DNA of 64,000 nt from Pirellulales bacterium. GTDB taxonomy: Bacteria > Planctomycetota > Planctomycetia > Pirellulales > JAICIG01. Below, one piece after another: positions 39,001 to 48,481 of the stretch (positions are counted from its first letter, which is position 1; each line of letters opens with the position of its first letter). Below the pieces are notes generated by a model. That model was not told the origin of the DNA. It made no database searches and saw only the letters and a program-made list of their open reading frames with translations. A program made the position numbers and the translations under genes. The DNA lies in assembly GCA_040901675.1 (NCBI GenBank), contig JBBDYJ010000001.1:75618-139617 (forward strand), given 5' to 3'.

Positions 39001-40542
39001 ATGGAACCAGACCTGCGCCGGCTTGACGGCTTGCTGGAGCACGGCCGCCAGCCGCAGGCGGTGAACCGCCTCGAGTTGCCCTTCTCCTTCGTCCAAGCGC
39101 AGGGCCTCGACCAGCCAGGGGAGCGAGCCCAACAGGTCGCGATCGTCGATGTGCCGCACGCCATTGGCAACCAGTTGCCGCACCAGCCGGCGGCGGCTCT
39201 CGTCGGCGTTCTGCTGGGCCTCCGTCTTGGCCACGTCGGCCGCTTCGCGCAGGCCCCGTTCTCGATTGGCCACCGCCAGCGCGCCCGCGGCGGCCGCTAC
39301 CAGCAGCGTGGCGATCATGGCGGTCAGAAAGGCCACAATCGGGTTGCGGCGGCACCAGCGCCATACCCGCTCGGCGCGGCCGATGGGGCGGGCCAGGATC
39401 GGTTCGTGATTGCCGTACCGCTTGAGGTCGTCGGCCAGCTCCTGGGCCGAGGCGTACCGCCGCCGCGGATCCTTCTGAAGGCACTTGAGGCAGATCGTTT
39501 CCACATCGCGGTCCACCGCCCGATTGAGCAGCCGCGGGGCCACCGGCTCGTTGTGCAGGACCTGCAGCATCGTGTCCAGCGACGTGGCGGCCTGGAAAGG
39601 GGGCCGGGCGGTGAGCAGCTCGTACAGCATGGCGCCCAGCGAATAGACGTCGCTGGCCGGCCCCATGGCGCCGCGTTTTCCGGCCGCCTGCTCAGGCGGC
39701 ATGTAGCTGGGCGTGCCCACCACGGTGCCGGTGGCCGTGAGCTGCGAGTCGCCTTCGATTCGACGGGCCAGGCCGAAATCGGTCACCCGCGGCTGGTTGG
39801 CCCGATCGACCAGCACGTTCGACGGCTTCAGGTCGCGGTGCAGGATGCCTTGCTCGTGGGCGTGCTCGATCGCCTCGGCGATGGTCTGGACGAAATCGGC
39901 CGCCATCCGCGAAGGCAGAGGATGATCTTTGACCAGCGCCGACAGGCTCTGGCCTTCGACATAGTCCATCGAAAAGAAATGCTGGCCGTCGTGCTCGCCG
40001 ACTTCGTGGATGGCGACGATGTGCGGGTGCCGCAAGTTGGCGGCGGCCTGGGCCTCGGTATAGAACCGCTCGACGTCGCGATCGGTGGCGAACTGCCCGG
40101 CCAGGATCATCTTGATGGCCACCAGGCGGTTGAGCCTGACCTGCCGCGCCTTGTAGACCACGCCCATGCCGCCCCGGGCGATTTCTTCCAAGAGCTCATA
40201 GTCGCCGAACTGCCGGTTGGCGTCGGTGAGCCGGCGGGCCCCGGTCCTGGCGCGTCCCGCGTCCGCTCCCCAGGCCACCGTGGCGTCCGCGTGCACCCCC
40301 ACCGAGCCGGCAGCCGTCTGCGGCGCGTCCAGCTCGATGGTTGGCCCCGGCGTGGCGTCCGACGTGTCGGCCTGGCGCTCGGCCGCGGCGAAGTACCTCG
40401 CGAGCTCCTCGGCCAGCTCAGGATGTTCGACCAGCAGTTGCTCGCGGCTGATCTGTTCGCCGTCGGCCCGGCGTCGAGCGAAGGAGTCCAGGACCTGTTC
40501 GAGGTCCGCTTGGCGACCGTCGGCGGTATCGTCTTGGGTCAT
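36022..40542 (-). CDS. Hanks-type Ser/Thr protein kinase with TM helix, WD40 repeats and C-terminal TPRs
   Basis: IARGGMGVVY, VAIK, HRDLKPSN, TDFGLA, GTPSYMPPEQ; many 'H...V..AAFSPDG..TAS.D.TAR.WD' repeats. Confidence 0.95.
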   Translation of the reverse strand: MTQDDTADGRQADLEQVLDSFARRRADGEQISREQLLVEHPELAEELARYFAAAERQADTSDATPGPTIELDAPQTAAGSVGVHADATVAWGADAGRARTGARRLTDANRQFGDYELLEEIARGGMGVVYKARQVRLNRLVAIKMILAGQFATDRDVERFYTEAQAAANLRHPHIVAIHEVGEHDGQHFFSMDYVEGQSLSALVKDHPLPSRMAADFVQTIAEAIEHAHEQGILHRDLKPSNVLVDRANQPRVTDFGLARRIEGDSQLTATGTVVGTPSYMPPEQAAGKRGAMGPASDVYSLGAMLYELLTARPPFQAATSLDTMLQVLHNEPVAPRLLNRAVDRDVETICLKCLQKDPRRRYASAQELADDLKRYGNHEPILARPIGRAERVWRWCRRNPIVAFLTAMIATLLVAAAAGALAVANRERGLREAADVAKTEAQQNADESRRRLVRQLVANGVRHIDDRDLLGSLPWLVEALRLDEGEGQLEAVHRLRLAAVLQQAVKPAQVWFHADRVMYAEFDGDGKRVITACADQTARLWDTETGAPIGPALKHAGVVAKAAFSPDGTLAATASTDGTARIWNASSGEAIGAPLGHKGPVTDVCFSPDGRLLATASADKTARLWRAATGEPVGEPLVHGFGVSQVSFSPDGRLLAAACGEQVRGYRGKGEARVWDTSSGRAVGAPLSHDGAVRSVAFSPDSTRLVTGSDDFLAQVWDAASGRQALAPVRHINIVTHALFSPDGKRLATACDDASVRVWDTETGQILTAPLEHLGEVKQLAFSPDGRWVATASYYGAAQVWDVASGRPVVGRLEHAGPVDRVRFSPDGHRIVTACRDGTARVWDLAAGEPAPLRFAQRARIRMAVFSPDGRRVATAGDDLAARVWDAKDGKPVSPPLEHKAVVLHAAFSPDGRELATTSEDRTVRIWNAQTGKQRGADLEHGGKVYHAAFSPDGSRLVTACEDGTARLWDAATLEPLGQAMKHEASVQHADFSPDGRHVVTASRDGSAQVWDARTGKTQGPRVQHTIHINWAAFSPDGRLLVTAGGEGLGEGGGEANVWDAKTGQLVAGPFPHSHGVPQAVFSPDSSRVATASYDDTARIWQAMGGTPLTPPMKHAANVNTVAFSPDGTLLLTASSDFTARVWDAATGEAVTPPLMHPHWCQLAAFSPDGRGVLTVNMDESARVWRLPRETRKIDELARLSEALSGRRLYEDSGVVELEPAEFRSRWNEVARNGSGFAGTSEQVEAWHERAAQECLMEGQQHFARAWHLGKLIELHPDSLSLYYQRSESHAELGDWQRAAADFAKLEGAIQVTLHSLRTEALFHLARGNTAGYREACRKLAGALGATQDPGAINAVLWCCVLAPHAVEDLRPLVQAADKLLAGHADSHALLNTAGAVSYRAGDNAAAIERLKAGLRTDASGGTAFDWLLLAMAEHRQGNHAEARQWFEKADEWIERETNERTRGTVASLMSWQDRLELQLLHGEAMLVLATRAGKTTPQHPAQDP

Positions 40543-40720
40543 GGCTGATCAGCCTGCTGGATGCTTCCTGTCTTGATTCTCCCGCCGATCACGGGCCGGT
40601 TCAAGCAACAAACGGTTGCACCTGCCGCTGGTGCTCTGCCATACTGGCCTGCACGCGGCAGCGAGGGCTTGGCTGGATCATCCAGTTGCGCAGCCACACT
40701 TCGAATCACGAGGCGGCCCG

Positions 40721-40945
40721 ATGCACCAGATCAAGATCTTCAAGGGAATCGAAAACGACCTGGCCGCCCTGGAGGCCGAAGTGAATACCTGGCTGGTCGA
40801 GTCCGAGGCGCGGGTGGTGAGCATGTTCGGCAACATTGCCCCGCAGAGCGAGTCGGCCGAGGACGAGGCCCGCGGCCTGTCGAAGAGCGACTTCCCGCCA
40901 TCCGATGTGCTCTTGGTGATTCTTTTCGAAAGCCTTCCGCACTAG
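40721..40945 (+). CDS. Small conserved hypothetical protein (74 aa)
   Basis: GAGG SD; MHQIKIFKGIENDLAALEAEVNTWL; typical high-GC3 codon usage. Confidence 0.7.
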   Translation: MHQIKIFKGIENDLAALEAEVNTWLVESEARVVSMFGNIAPQSESAEDEARGLSKSDFPPSDVLLVILFESLPH

Positions 40946-41035
40946 CCCGCGAAGCGGGCGAAAGTCAATAGCCGGGCGGCGTAAGCCCCGGAACGCGCCA
41001 CCGACACCTCCGTAAGCCCCCGAAGGGGGCGACAG
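40944..41035. repeat. REP-like cluster (AGCCCGCGAAGCGGGCGA / TAGCCGGGCGGCGTAAGCCCCGG / AGCCCCCGAAGGGGGCGAC)
   Basis: Three short GC hairpins, first and third related; architecture resembles IS200/IS605- or RAYT-associated REPs. Confidence 0.65.
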
Positions 41036-41141
41036 TACCGCGTTCGGCGAGCCCAGCGGATAGTAGCAGGCACACCTCCGTGTCCCGTAGCTGCCATCCC
41101 CGCGCGCCTGGGGCGCCCCGTATTCGTCCGCGTTCCTTCAC

Positions 41142-41150
41142 TGGTATACT
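41142..41150 (+). promoter_or_regulatory. Extended -10 promoter (TGGTATACT) 6 nt before ATG; probable leaderless transcript
   Basis: Identical motif and spacing at 43221-43229 in the duplicate; no SD. Confidence 0.55.
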
Positions 41151-41156
41151 GGGCGC

Positions 41157-43109
41157 ATGTCCTCGGACACAGTGCTATGCCTGGTTTGGCTCCTCCTCGG
41201 AATCCTCGTTGCGACGACTGCCAGCACCGTTGGCCTTCTTTCTGTGTGGGCGGCCTGGGGGCGCGGGCACTGGTTCGTGAGGCTCGCCGTTGTCCTTGTC
41301 GTCCTTTCGCTGGCAATGGTGATTCCGGCCTACGACCTGGTCTTGATGTTCTTCACGCAGGCGGCCGTGGTCGTTCTTTCTCTACTGCTGCTCCGGCGGC
41401 TTCGCTTTCGCAGACTGTCTTCCAGCGAGGCATCGGGCGCGGCACACCCCAGTCGGCCCAGTCGGGCGAGCTGGCCGCGTTTTGGGCTGCGGCAGCTATT
41501 CCTGGCCATCGTGCTGGCGGGAGGGCTCTTTGCGATACCGGCCGGGGTGCCCAAGCAACAATGGGCCGAATGGTTTGCCGACTCCTGGGGAGAGGGGCCG
41601 ACGCTCACGAAGCTCGGCGCGAGCCTCGGCGCGGTCACGTTGGCAGCCGCCTGGGCCGCGCTCGGCAGGCGCTGCACGCTTGTGCGTGTGTCGCTGTTAT
41701 GCCTGGTCACGGTGGCGGTCGGTGTTCTCTGGAGGATTGAGGACTCCATTCTCGGCTTGTCGAATCAAGGCGACGGGACCGAGTCCTGGTGGCTTGCATT
41801 CATTCCGGCGGCCGCGGCACTTACGGCGGCCGAGCTCGCGCTCGTCCGGACCTGGACGCTGTTGCCCGATCGGCATGGTGACCGTGCTCCGCCGCCCGGT
41901 GGCTTCAGAAACCGCCCCGCCGCCACGCGGATAGCTCGGCTCGGCGGTGCCGTCGGGGGCGCCGTGATTCTCTTGCCGCACGCTTTTATCTACTATCACC
42001 TCGTCACTCCCACGCCGATCCCGCCAACCAGAATGCCTACCCCCAATGCCTACGACGAACTGGTGGAGCTGGGGACAGAAGTCGGCAGTACACACATTGG
42101 CGACATCGACATCACCGCTGTCGACGATCTCAAACGTCACATCATCGGTCTTCCAAGGGAGGATACCGGGAGTGACGATCTCGGCCGCGGACACGAACCC
42201 GGCGACGAATCACTGCGCCGCTTTGTCGCCCAACACCAGCCGCTCTTCGATCGTGCGCGCCTCGCGCTGGCGCGAGAGTCGGTTGTGCCAGTAGACTTCA
42301 CGCTTTTCGGGGACAACGCGGAAAACCAGCTACGACTAGAGGACCTGGGATTCGCCTTCGCTGCCGAAGGAACTTTAGCAATCCACGGGAACGACGCGCG
42401 GCGCGCCGTCCGCAGCTACGTGAACTGTATCCAGCTTGCGCGAGCCACGGCACGCGGCGGCGCGCTAGGCGATTGCTGGTATGCCGACCACATCGAGATG
42501 GTGGGAGTCCGCGGCCTGAGTATATTGCGGCACGACCTCTCGCCCAGCCAATGCCGCGCGTTGGTCCAAACGCTGGCGGCAGCCGACGCCTCACGGGAAC
42601 TCCTGGACGATGCGTTCGTCCATGAGCGCGCCGTGTGGGATCATTGCTTGGGCTGGCAAGGACGGCTCGGGCGCGCTGCCGCGGACATGGCTGGCTATTC
42701 GGAGGACCGAGCATCGGCGGAAACGTCCCAGGCGCGTGTCGCCGCATTCTTGCGTCTGCTAATCTGTGACCTGGCCATCCGCTCGTACCGATTGGAACGC
42801 GGCAACCTGCCGGCCGACCTGGGGCAACTGGCTCCCGATTACCTCGCGGCCTTGCCTGAAGACCCCTTCAGCAGCGCGCCCTTGGTGTACCGCCGCGAGG
42901 TCGAGGGCTACGTACTGTACAGCGTTGGCGTCAACCGCAGAGACGACGGCGGGCGGCCGGGCGAAAACGGTGATCTCCTGGGAAAAATGCGCAGCTCGCT
43001 TGGACAGTGGCAGACGGTCTCTATAGGAGGAATAATAATGCGAGGAACAATAAGGTGTGCCTTCGGGGAATACGCACCCGAGCGTTATCAAGAATCCAAG
43101 CCGGAGTGA
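41157..43109 (+). CDS. Multi-TM membrane protein with periplasmic helical domain ending in a GspG/T2SSG-like C-terminal motif
   Basis: About 8 TM helices; 'LAIRSY....G.LP..L..L.PDYL...P.DPF....L.Y......YVLYSVG.N..DDGG'. Confidence 0.75.
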   Translation: MSSDTVLCLVWLLLGILVATTASTVGLLSVWAAWGRGHWFVRLAVVLVVLSLAMVIPAYDLVLMFFTQAAVVVLSLLLLRRLRFRRLSSSEASGAAHPSRPSRASWPRFGLRQLFLAIVLAGGLFAIPAGVPKQQWAEWFADSWGEGPTLTKLGASLGAVTLAAAWAALGRRCTLVRVSLLCLVTVAVGVLWRIEDSILGLSNQGDGTESWWLAFIPAAAALTAAELALVRTWTLLPDRHGDRAPPPGGFRNRPAATRIARLGGAVGGAVILLPHAFIYYHLVTPTPIPPTRMPTPNAYDELVELGTEVGSTHIGDIDITAVDDLKRHIIGLPREDTGSDDLGRGHEPGDESLRRFVAQHQPLFDRARLALARESVVPVDFTLFGDNAENQLRLEDLGFAFAAEGTLAIHGNDARRAVRSYVNCIQLARATARGGALGDCWYADHIEMVGVRGLSILRHDLSPSQCRALVQTLAAADASRELLDDAFVHERAVWDHCLGWQGRLGRAAADMAGYSEDRASAETSQARVAAFLRLLICDLAIRSYRLERGNLPADLGQLAPDYLAALPEDPFSSAPLVYRREVEGYVLYSVGVNRRDDGGRPGENGDLLGKMRSSLGQWQTVSIGGIIMRGTIRCAFGEYAPERYQESKPE

Positions 43110-43235
43110 GCGCCAACTCCGCGTACGGCCGGGCATGCGCTGCTTGCACTTCGCGGTTCTGCCTGGGCTGCAAGTCCGCCTTGGTGTGAATCCGCTTCCG
43201 CCGCCGGCTTTTTCACTGACTGGTATACTGGGCAC

Positions 43236-44567
43236 ATGTCCTCGGACACAGCGGTAAGCCTATGCCTGGATTGGCTCCTCGGAATCCTCGTTGCGACGAC
43301 CGCCAGCACCGTTGGCCTTCTTTCTGTGTGGGCGGGCTGGGGCCGCGGGCATTGGTTCGTGAGGCTGGCCGTTGTGCTTGTCGTCCTTTCGCTGGGAATG
43401 GTGATTCCGGCCTACGACCTGATCCTGATGTTCTTCACGCAGGCGGCCGTGGTCGTTCTTCCGCTACTGCTGCTCCGACGGCTGTGCTTTCGCAGACTGT
43501 CTTCCAGCGAGGCATCGGGCGCGGCACACCCCAATCGGCCCAGCCGGGCGACCTGGCCGCGTTTTAGGCTGCGGGAGCTATTCCTGGCCGTCGTGCTGGC
43601 CGGAGGGCTCTTTGCGATACCGGCCGCGGTGCCCAAGGAACTATGGGCCGAATGGTTCGCCGACTCCTATGGAGAGGGGCCGGCGCTCATTAAGCTCGGC
43701 GCGAGCCTCGGCGCGGTCACGTCGGCAGCCGCCTGGGCCGCGCTCGGCAGGCGCTGCACGCTTGTACGTTTGTCCCTATTGTGCCTGGTCCCGTTGGCGG
43801 TCGGTGTTCTCTGGAGGATTGAGGACTCCATTCTCGGCTTGTCGAATCAAGGCGACGGGACTGAATCCTGGGGGTCCTGGTGGCTTGCATTCATTCCGGC
43901 AGTGGCGGCACTTACGGCGGCCGAACTCGCGCTCGTCCGGACCTGGATGCTGTTGCCCGATCGGCATGGTGACCGTGCAGCGACGCCCGGCGGCTTCAGA
44001 AACCGCCCCGCCGCCACGCGCATCGCTCGGCTCGGCGCTGCCGCCGTGGGCGCCGTGATTGTCTTGCCGCAAGCCTTTATCTACTACCGCCTCGTCACTC
44101 CCACGCCGATTCCGCCAACCAGAATGCCTACCCCCAATGCCTACGACGAACTGGCGGAGCTCGGGACGCGACTCGGCGGTCAACACAATTTGTTCCAAGG
44201 CTACATCAGCGCTGTCGATGACGCTCTTAAACGTCAGATCATCGGTCTTCCAAGCGAGGATACGGACAGTGGCGATTCCCGCCCCCAACAGGAACCTGCG
44301 GACGAAACAATGCGCCGCTTTGTCGCCCAACACCAGCCGCTCTTGGATCGTGCGCGCCCCGCGCTGGCGCGAGAGTCGGTTGTGCCAGTTGACTACTTCA
44401 CGTTTGAGCTTTTCAGGGACAACCCGCGAAACTGGCTGGAGGACTTGGGACTCCGCCATGGGAGTTGGTCAGTCCCCTGCCTCCGCTTCCTCCGGCGGCT
44501 TGACGTGGCGGAAGCCGAAGTAGAGGGCCACGTCGTAGCTGAGCTTGATGCCGGCCCCTACGAATAA
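43236..44567 (+). pseudogene. Truncated tandem paralog of 41157-43109
   Basis: Colinear high identity from the promoter to about 44455; the frame then reads antisense into the MFS gene. Confidence 0.8.
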
Positions 44568-45695
44568 AGGCGTGGCCAGCGCAAGGTTCTGCATGAACAC
44601 CCCGGCGCCGAAGGGAGTGATCGCCTGGCCCGTCATCCGCACCAGGTGCGTCAAGCCCGATGCCAGCGTCCGCTCCTCGGGACGCACTACCGCCATCACG
44701 TAACTTTGCCGCGTCGGCACGTCCATCTCCACCAATGCCTCGCGCAATAAAAACAACGCCGCGGCCCATTCGAAAGTCGGCGCCAGACCCACGCCGATCA
44801 ACAACAGGCTGGCGGGGATGTGCGTGAAGACCATCGTGTTCAGCAGGCCGATCCGCTTGGCGAGCTCCGCCGCCGCCAGGTATGACCCGGCATTCGCCAG
44901 CCGGGCCCCGGCGAACAGAACGCCCAGGATCCATTCGTCCACCTCGAACTGCTTGTAGAAAAAAAGCGACAAGAGAGCCGTGGTCAAAAACCCGCTGCCG
45001 AGACTGTCCAAGCCGATCAGCCCCGAGAACCGCCACAGCAGCCGCCGCGTGGGGGGCGATACTTTTGCCTCGTGGTGATTTGGCGCCGCTTCGACCGCCG
45101 GCGAGAGCCGCCAATATGCCAGCGCGGTAATGGCCAATAGGGCGGCGGCCGAAGCCACGGCGAACCGGTTCACTGCCTCCAATGGAGCATCCACGTAAGG
45201 TTGCGCCAGCTTGGGTGCCGCGGCACCCAGCGCGCCCACCGCATGCCCTGCGTCCTGCCAGAGGTGATAGGCCGCAAAGCCACGGGTGCGGCTGGCGTTC
45301 GTCGTGACCAGGGGGAGCATCGCCTGGTCGAGGATGACGGCGGCCCCGCGATCGCGCCCGGTGCCGTTGAGCATGCCGAAAAAGGCCGCCATGGCCGCCA
45401 CCAAGGCGTCTGAGGCGCTGATCACAACCAGGGTCCCGGCGGCTGCCAGCAGCGTGAGCTGGACCAGCAGGCGTCGGCGGCCATGGCGATCGGCGAACAA
45501 TGTGGACACCAGCGAAGCCAGCGCGGCACCGGCCAGTCCGGCGCCCACCACGTAGCCGATCTTGGCCTCGGAAAAGCCGAGCTGGGCCAAATAAATGCCC
45601 AACAACACGCCGATCATGCTGGTAGCGGCAGCCCGCGTGAAGGCAACCGCGTACAATAGCTTTTGGTCTTGCATTGTGCTTGCGGTCTGGACCAT
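44469..45695 (-). CDS. MFS transporter
   Basis: ADRHGRRR motif A, AKRIGLLNTMVFTHIP, MDVPTRQSY; about 12 TM helices. Confidence 0.92.
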   Translation of the reverse strand: MVQTASTMQDQKLLYAVAFTRAAATSMIGVLLGIYLAQLGFSEAKIGYVVGAGLAGAALASLVSTLFADRHGRRRLLVQLTLLAAAGTLVVISASDALVAAMAAFFGMLNGTGRDRGAAVILDQAMLPLVTTNASRTRGFAAYHLWQDAGHAVGALGAAAPKLAQPYVDAPLEAVNRFAVASAAALLAITALAYWRLSPAVEAAPNHHEAKVSPPTRRLLWRFSGLIGLDSLGSGFLTTALLSLFFYKQFEVDEWILGVLFAGARLANAGSYLAAAELAKRIGLLNTMVFTHIPASLLLIGVGLAPTFEWAAALFLLREALVEMDVPTRQSYVMAVVRPEERTLASGLTHLVRMTGQAITPFGAGVFMQNLALATPLFVGAGIKLSYDVALYFGFRHVKPPEEAEAGD

Positions 45696-45919
45696 GGCCG
45701 GCGCCAGCCGCCAGGCCAGCGCAACGCAACATACCGCGATGCCTTCTCAGCCGCGAGGGCGGATTGAAGGCGTCCATTGTACAAGGTACAACAAAAATAG
45801 ATCGAGCGGCCGCGCGCCGTTCGGCCGCTGAGACGCCCCGGTGGGTCACGATGGCTTGCCAGGCAGGTTACCCCAAGACGCGGGCGCTGAGCCAGGCGGC
45901 CCGCTTGGAAAGGACGTTT

Positions 45920-46369
45920 ATGGAAGGCCGCGAGCCGGCAGCCGCCAGCCCGACGGATTGGTTTACCAAGGTGATGGGTGAGGAGTTGGGGCCGATGTCG
46001 CTGGCGGATTTGACGGCGATGGCCCGCAACCGGCAAATGCTGCCGGCCGACATGGTCAAGCAGGGCAAAGCGGGCCAGTGGATTGCCGCCAGGACGGTCA
46101 AGGGGCTATTCCAGGACGACCGCGTTGTGCATGGCGGTGCCGACAGCCTGCTGCACAAGATCGACCGCGAAGCAACTCGGCTGGAGGCAAGGGCCCGCTG
46201 GATGACCATTTCTCCCTACCGGGACGAGCAGGGGAAGATCCGCGTGAAGGTGGCCCTGGTGGGGCTGGAAGCCGATCCGAGCAATCTTGCCGGCAGCATC
46301 GTGAGCGAGCTGCGCCGCCGGCTCGACGAACTCCAGGAGAAGCTCGGTGGCGGCAAGGAAGAAGGCTGA
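45920..46369 (+). CDS. GYF_2/DUF4339 domain protein
   Basis: 'WFTKVMGEELGPMSLADL.......D.VKQG..GQW..A..V.GLF'; AAAGGA SD. Confidence 0.75.
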   Translation: MEGREPAAASPTDWFTKVMGEELGPMSLADLTAMARNRQMLPADMVKQGKAGQWIAARTVKGLFQDDRVVHGGADSLLHKIDREATRLEARARWMTISPYRDEQGKIRVKVALVGLEADPSNLAGSIVSELRRRLDELQEKLGGGKEEG

Positions 46370-46382
46370 AGCAGCCAGCTCC

Positions 46383-47369
46383 CTACCGCCATATTTCAGG
46401 ATTGAGCAGGTGTGCGGGACGGCGGCCGCCGAGGACGTCGAGAGCCTGCGAGATGGCGCCCTCCCACAGCCGCCGCCTCCCCTCGGCCGTGGCGCTGCCG
46501 ATGTGCGGAGTAGCGATGCAGTCGTCGCGGTCGAGCAGGGGGTGGTCCGGCGGCGGCGGCTCCGGATCGAATACGTCGAGGCCGGCGCCCTGGAGCTGGC
46601 CGCTCTCGAGGGCCTCCAGCAGGGCCGCCTCATCGACCAGGCCTCCGCGGGCGGCATTCACCAGGTAGGCGCCGCGTTTCATCTGCGCGAACCGCTCGCG
46701 GTTCATCAGCCGCCGCGTTTCCGCGGTGAGCGGCAGGTGCAGCGAGACGACGTCGGCCTGGCCGAGCAGCTCGTCGAGACTGGCCGCCAGTTCCACGCCA
46801 CAGTCGGCGGCCCGCTCGGCGGGTACAAACGGATCGTAGACCACGACCGACATGCCCATGGCCTGGGCCATTCTCGCCACCCGGCTGCCGATCCGCCCCA
46901 TGCCGACCAGGCCGAGCCGGTGGCCGTTGAGCTCCAGCCCGAGATAATCGTTGAGGTAGTCGACCTTTCCTCCTTTCCGGAGCGCCCGGTCGCATGCTTT
47001 GAGGTGCTTGACGGTGGCCAGCAACAGGGCGAAGGCGTGCTCGGCGGTCGAGACGCTGGGCGCATCGGGTGTGTAGCACACGGCGATGCCGCGGGCGGTG
47101 GCGTCGGCGAGGTTGATGTTGCCGTATCCCACGCCGGTGCGGGCGATCACCCGCAGTTGGCCACAGCGGTCCATCAACGCACCGTCGTAGCGAATGCGGG
47201 CCGAGGCCACGATCGCCTCGGCGGGACCGATGGCGCACAGCGGCTCGGCGGGCGTGGCGGTTGAGGGGCCGAGAAGCTCGGCCAGACCGGCGATCAGATG
47301 GGCGTGCTCGCCGGGCAAAGCACGTTCGAACCAGATCCTATACATGCTGTTGAATCGATCGGGACTCAC
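46383..47369 (-). CDS. D-isomer-specific 2-hydroxyacid dehydrogenase (SerA-like, no ACT domain)
   Basis: GLVGMGRIG, SLHLPLT, VNAARGGLVDE, AGLDVF..EP, TPHIG; alternative start 47345. Confidence 0.92.
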   Translation of the reverse strand: MSPDRFNSMYRIWFERALPGEHAHLIAGLAELLGPSTATPAEPLCAIGPAEAIVASARIRYDGALMDRCGQLRVIARTGVGYGNINLADATARGIAVCYTPDAPSVSTAEHAFALLLATVKHLKACDRALRKGGKVDYLNDYLGLELNGHRLGLVGMGRIGSRVARMAQAMGMSVVVYDPFVPAERAADCGVELAASLDELLGQADVVSLHLPLTAETRRLMNRERFAQMKRGAYLVNAARGGLVDEAALLEALESGQLQGAGLDVFDPEPPPPDHPLLDRDDCIATPHIGSATAEGRRRLWEGAISQALDVLGGRRPAHLLNPEIWR

Positions 47370-47749
47370 TGGCTTGCTGAAGATTCAATCGGCAACCCGG
47401 CCTCGCGCCAAGCCCGAAAGCCGCCGTCCATCGACCGGACGTTGGTGTAGCCCATCCGCTGCAGGCTCTCGGCGGCCAGCGCCGAACGATACCCGCCGCC
47501 GCAGTAGAGCACGATCTCGGCCGACGTGTCGGGGATCCGCTGTTCGACGTCGCGCTCCAGCACTCCCCGGCCCAGGTGCACTGCCTTGGGCACGTGCCCG
47601 GCCTGCCATTCATGGTCCTCGCGGACGTCGACCAGTTCAAAGTGCTGCCCGCTTTGGAGCCTGGCCCGCACATCATTAATCGAGGTCTCGCGCACCGCTG
47701 CCTTGGCCCGTTTGACCAGTTCCAAGAATCGGGGTGAGTGCTTCGCCAT
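47366..47749 (-). CDS. Single-domain rhodanese/sulfurtransferase
   Basis: DVREDHEW..GH, LYCGGGYRS, MDGG..AW; GAGGAG SD. Confidence 0.92.
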   Translation of the reverse strand: MAKHSPRFLELVKRAKAAVRETSINDVRARLQSGQHFELVDVREDHEWQAGHVPKAVHLGRGVLERDVEQRIPDTSAEIVLYCGGGYRSALAAESLQRMGYTNVRSMDGGFRAWREAGLPIESSASQ

Positions 47750-47898
47750 GATTCCTACTCCTCGCTTCAGGAGCCCTTGCCTTTCAGTGTCTCCAATCCG
47801 CTAGTTTCACCATCGAGAGCACGCCTTGACAAGCGTGTCCGCCAAGAATCCGGCAAGACACCAGCGCCCCGATTCCAATGACCCTCATCTGTCTTTGA

Positions 47899-47952
47899 TT
47901 CCTCCTTCCTCCTTCCTCCTTCCTCCTTCTGCCTTCTGCCTTCCTCCTTTCC
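47899..47952. repeat. Heptamer tandem repeat (TTCCTCC/TTCTGCC)n
   Basis: About 7 units directly visible in the divergent intergenic region. Confidence 0.9.
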
Positions 47953-48022
47953 TGGTTAGCCCCCAGCGATGTTTGCGGTTAGCATGGCAAGGTTGGATGC
48001 ACCGCCGGTTATGAGGAATTCC

Positions 48023-48481
48023 ATGTCGATCGAACCGCTAGTCGCGTTGTTGCCGGCTCTTGTCATGGCCGCCGGTATCGGCCAGATAGCCCTGGTGATC
48101 GCCAGCCCGCTCATCCCGCGCCTGCTGGGCTGGCGCGAGGATACGGCCAAGCTGCGGCCGCTGACGCGGCAGATCTTCTGGACCTGGGCGTCCTATATCT
48201 GGCTGAGCCACTTATCGTTTGGGCTTCTGTCAGCCCTGGCGCCCGGCTGGCTGCTCGATGGTTCGCCGCTGGCCGCCGCCGTCACGGGTTTTATTGCCCT
48301 CTGGTGGGGCGCGCGGCTGGTGATCCAGTTCGCCTGCATCGACCGCGAGGGTGCCGGTTCGGGGTTGGGCGTTCGGCTCGGCGAGGCGGCTCTCGTCACT
48401 TTGTTCGTCGGCCTGACGGCGGTGTACGCCTGCGCGACCGTCGCCAACCTCGTGACCCCCGGCGGAGCCGTGAGCACGTGA
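48023..48481 (+). CDS. Four-TM hypothetical membrane protein
   Basis: GAGGA SD; 'P..LGWRED...L.PLTRQIFW'; GTGA overlap with the MBOAT gene. Confidence 0.75.
   Translation: MSIEPLVALLPALVMAAGIGQIALVIASPLIPRLLGWREDTAKLRPLTRQIFWTWASYIWLSHLSFGLLSALAPGWLLDGSPLAAAVTGFIALWWGARLVIQFACIDREGAGSGLGVRLGEAALVTLFVGLTAVYACATVANLVTPGGAVST

Noticed and set aside
41140..44457. Diversity-generating retroelement TR/VR pair
   Set aside because: The repeat is about 1.2 kb, differences are not adenine-specific and include indels, and no reverse transcriptase is present in the window.
47826..47860. Sigma70 promoter from TTGACA at 47826
   Set aside because: No plausible -10 hexamer at 16-18 bp spacing.
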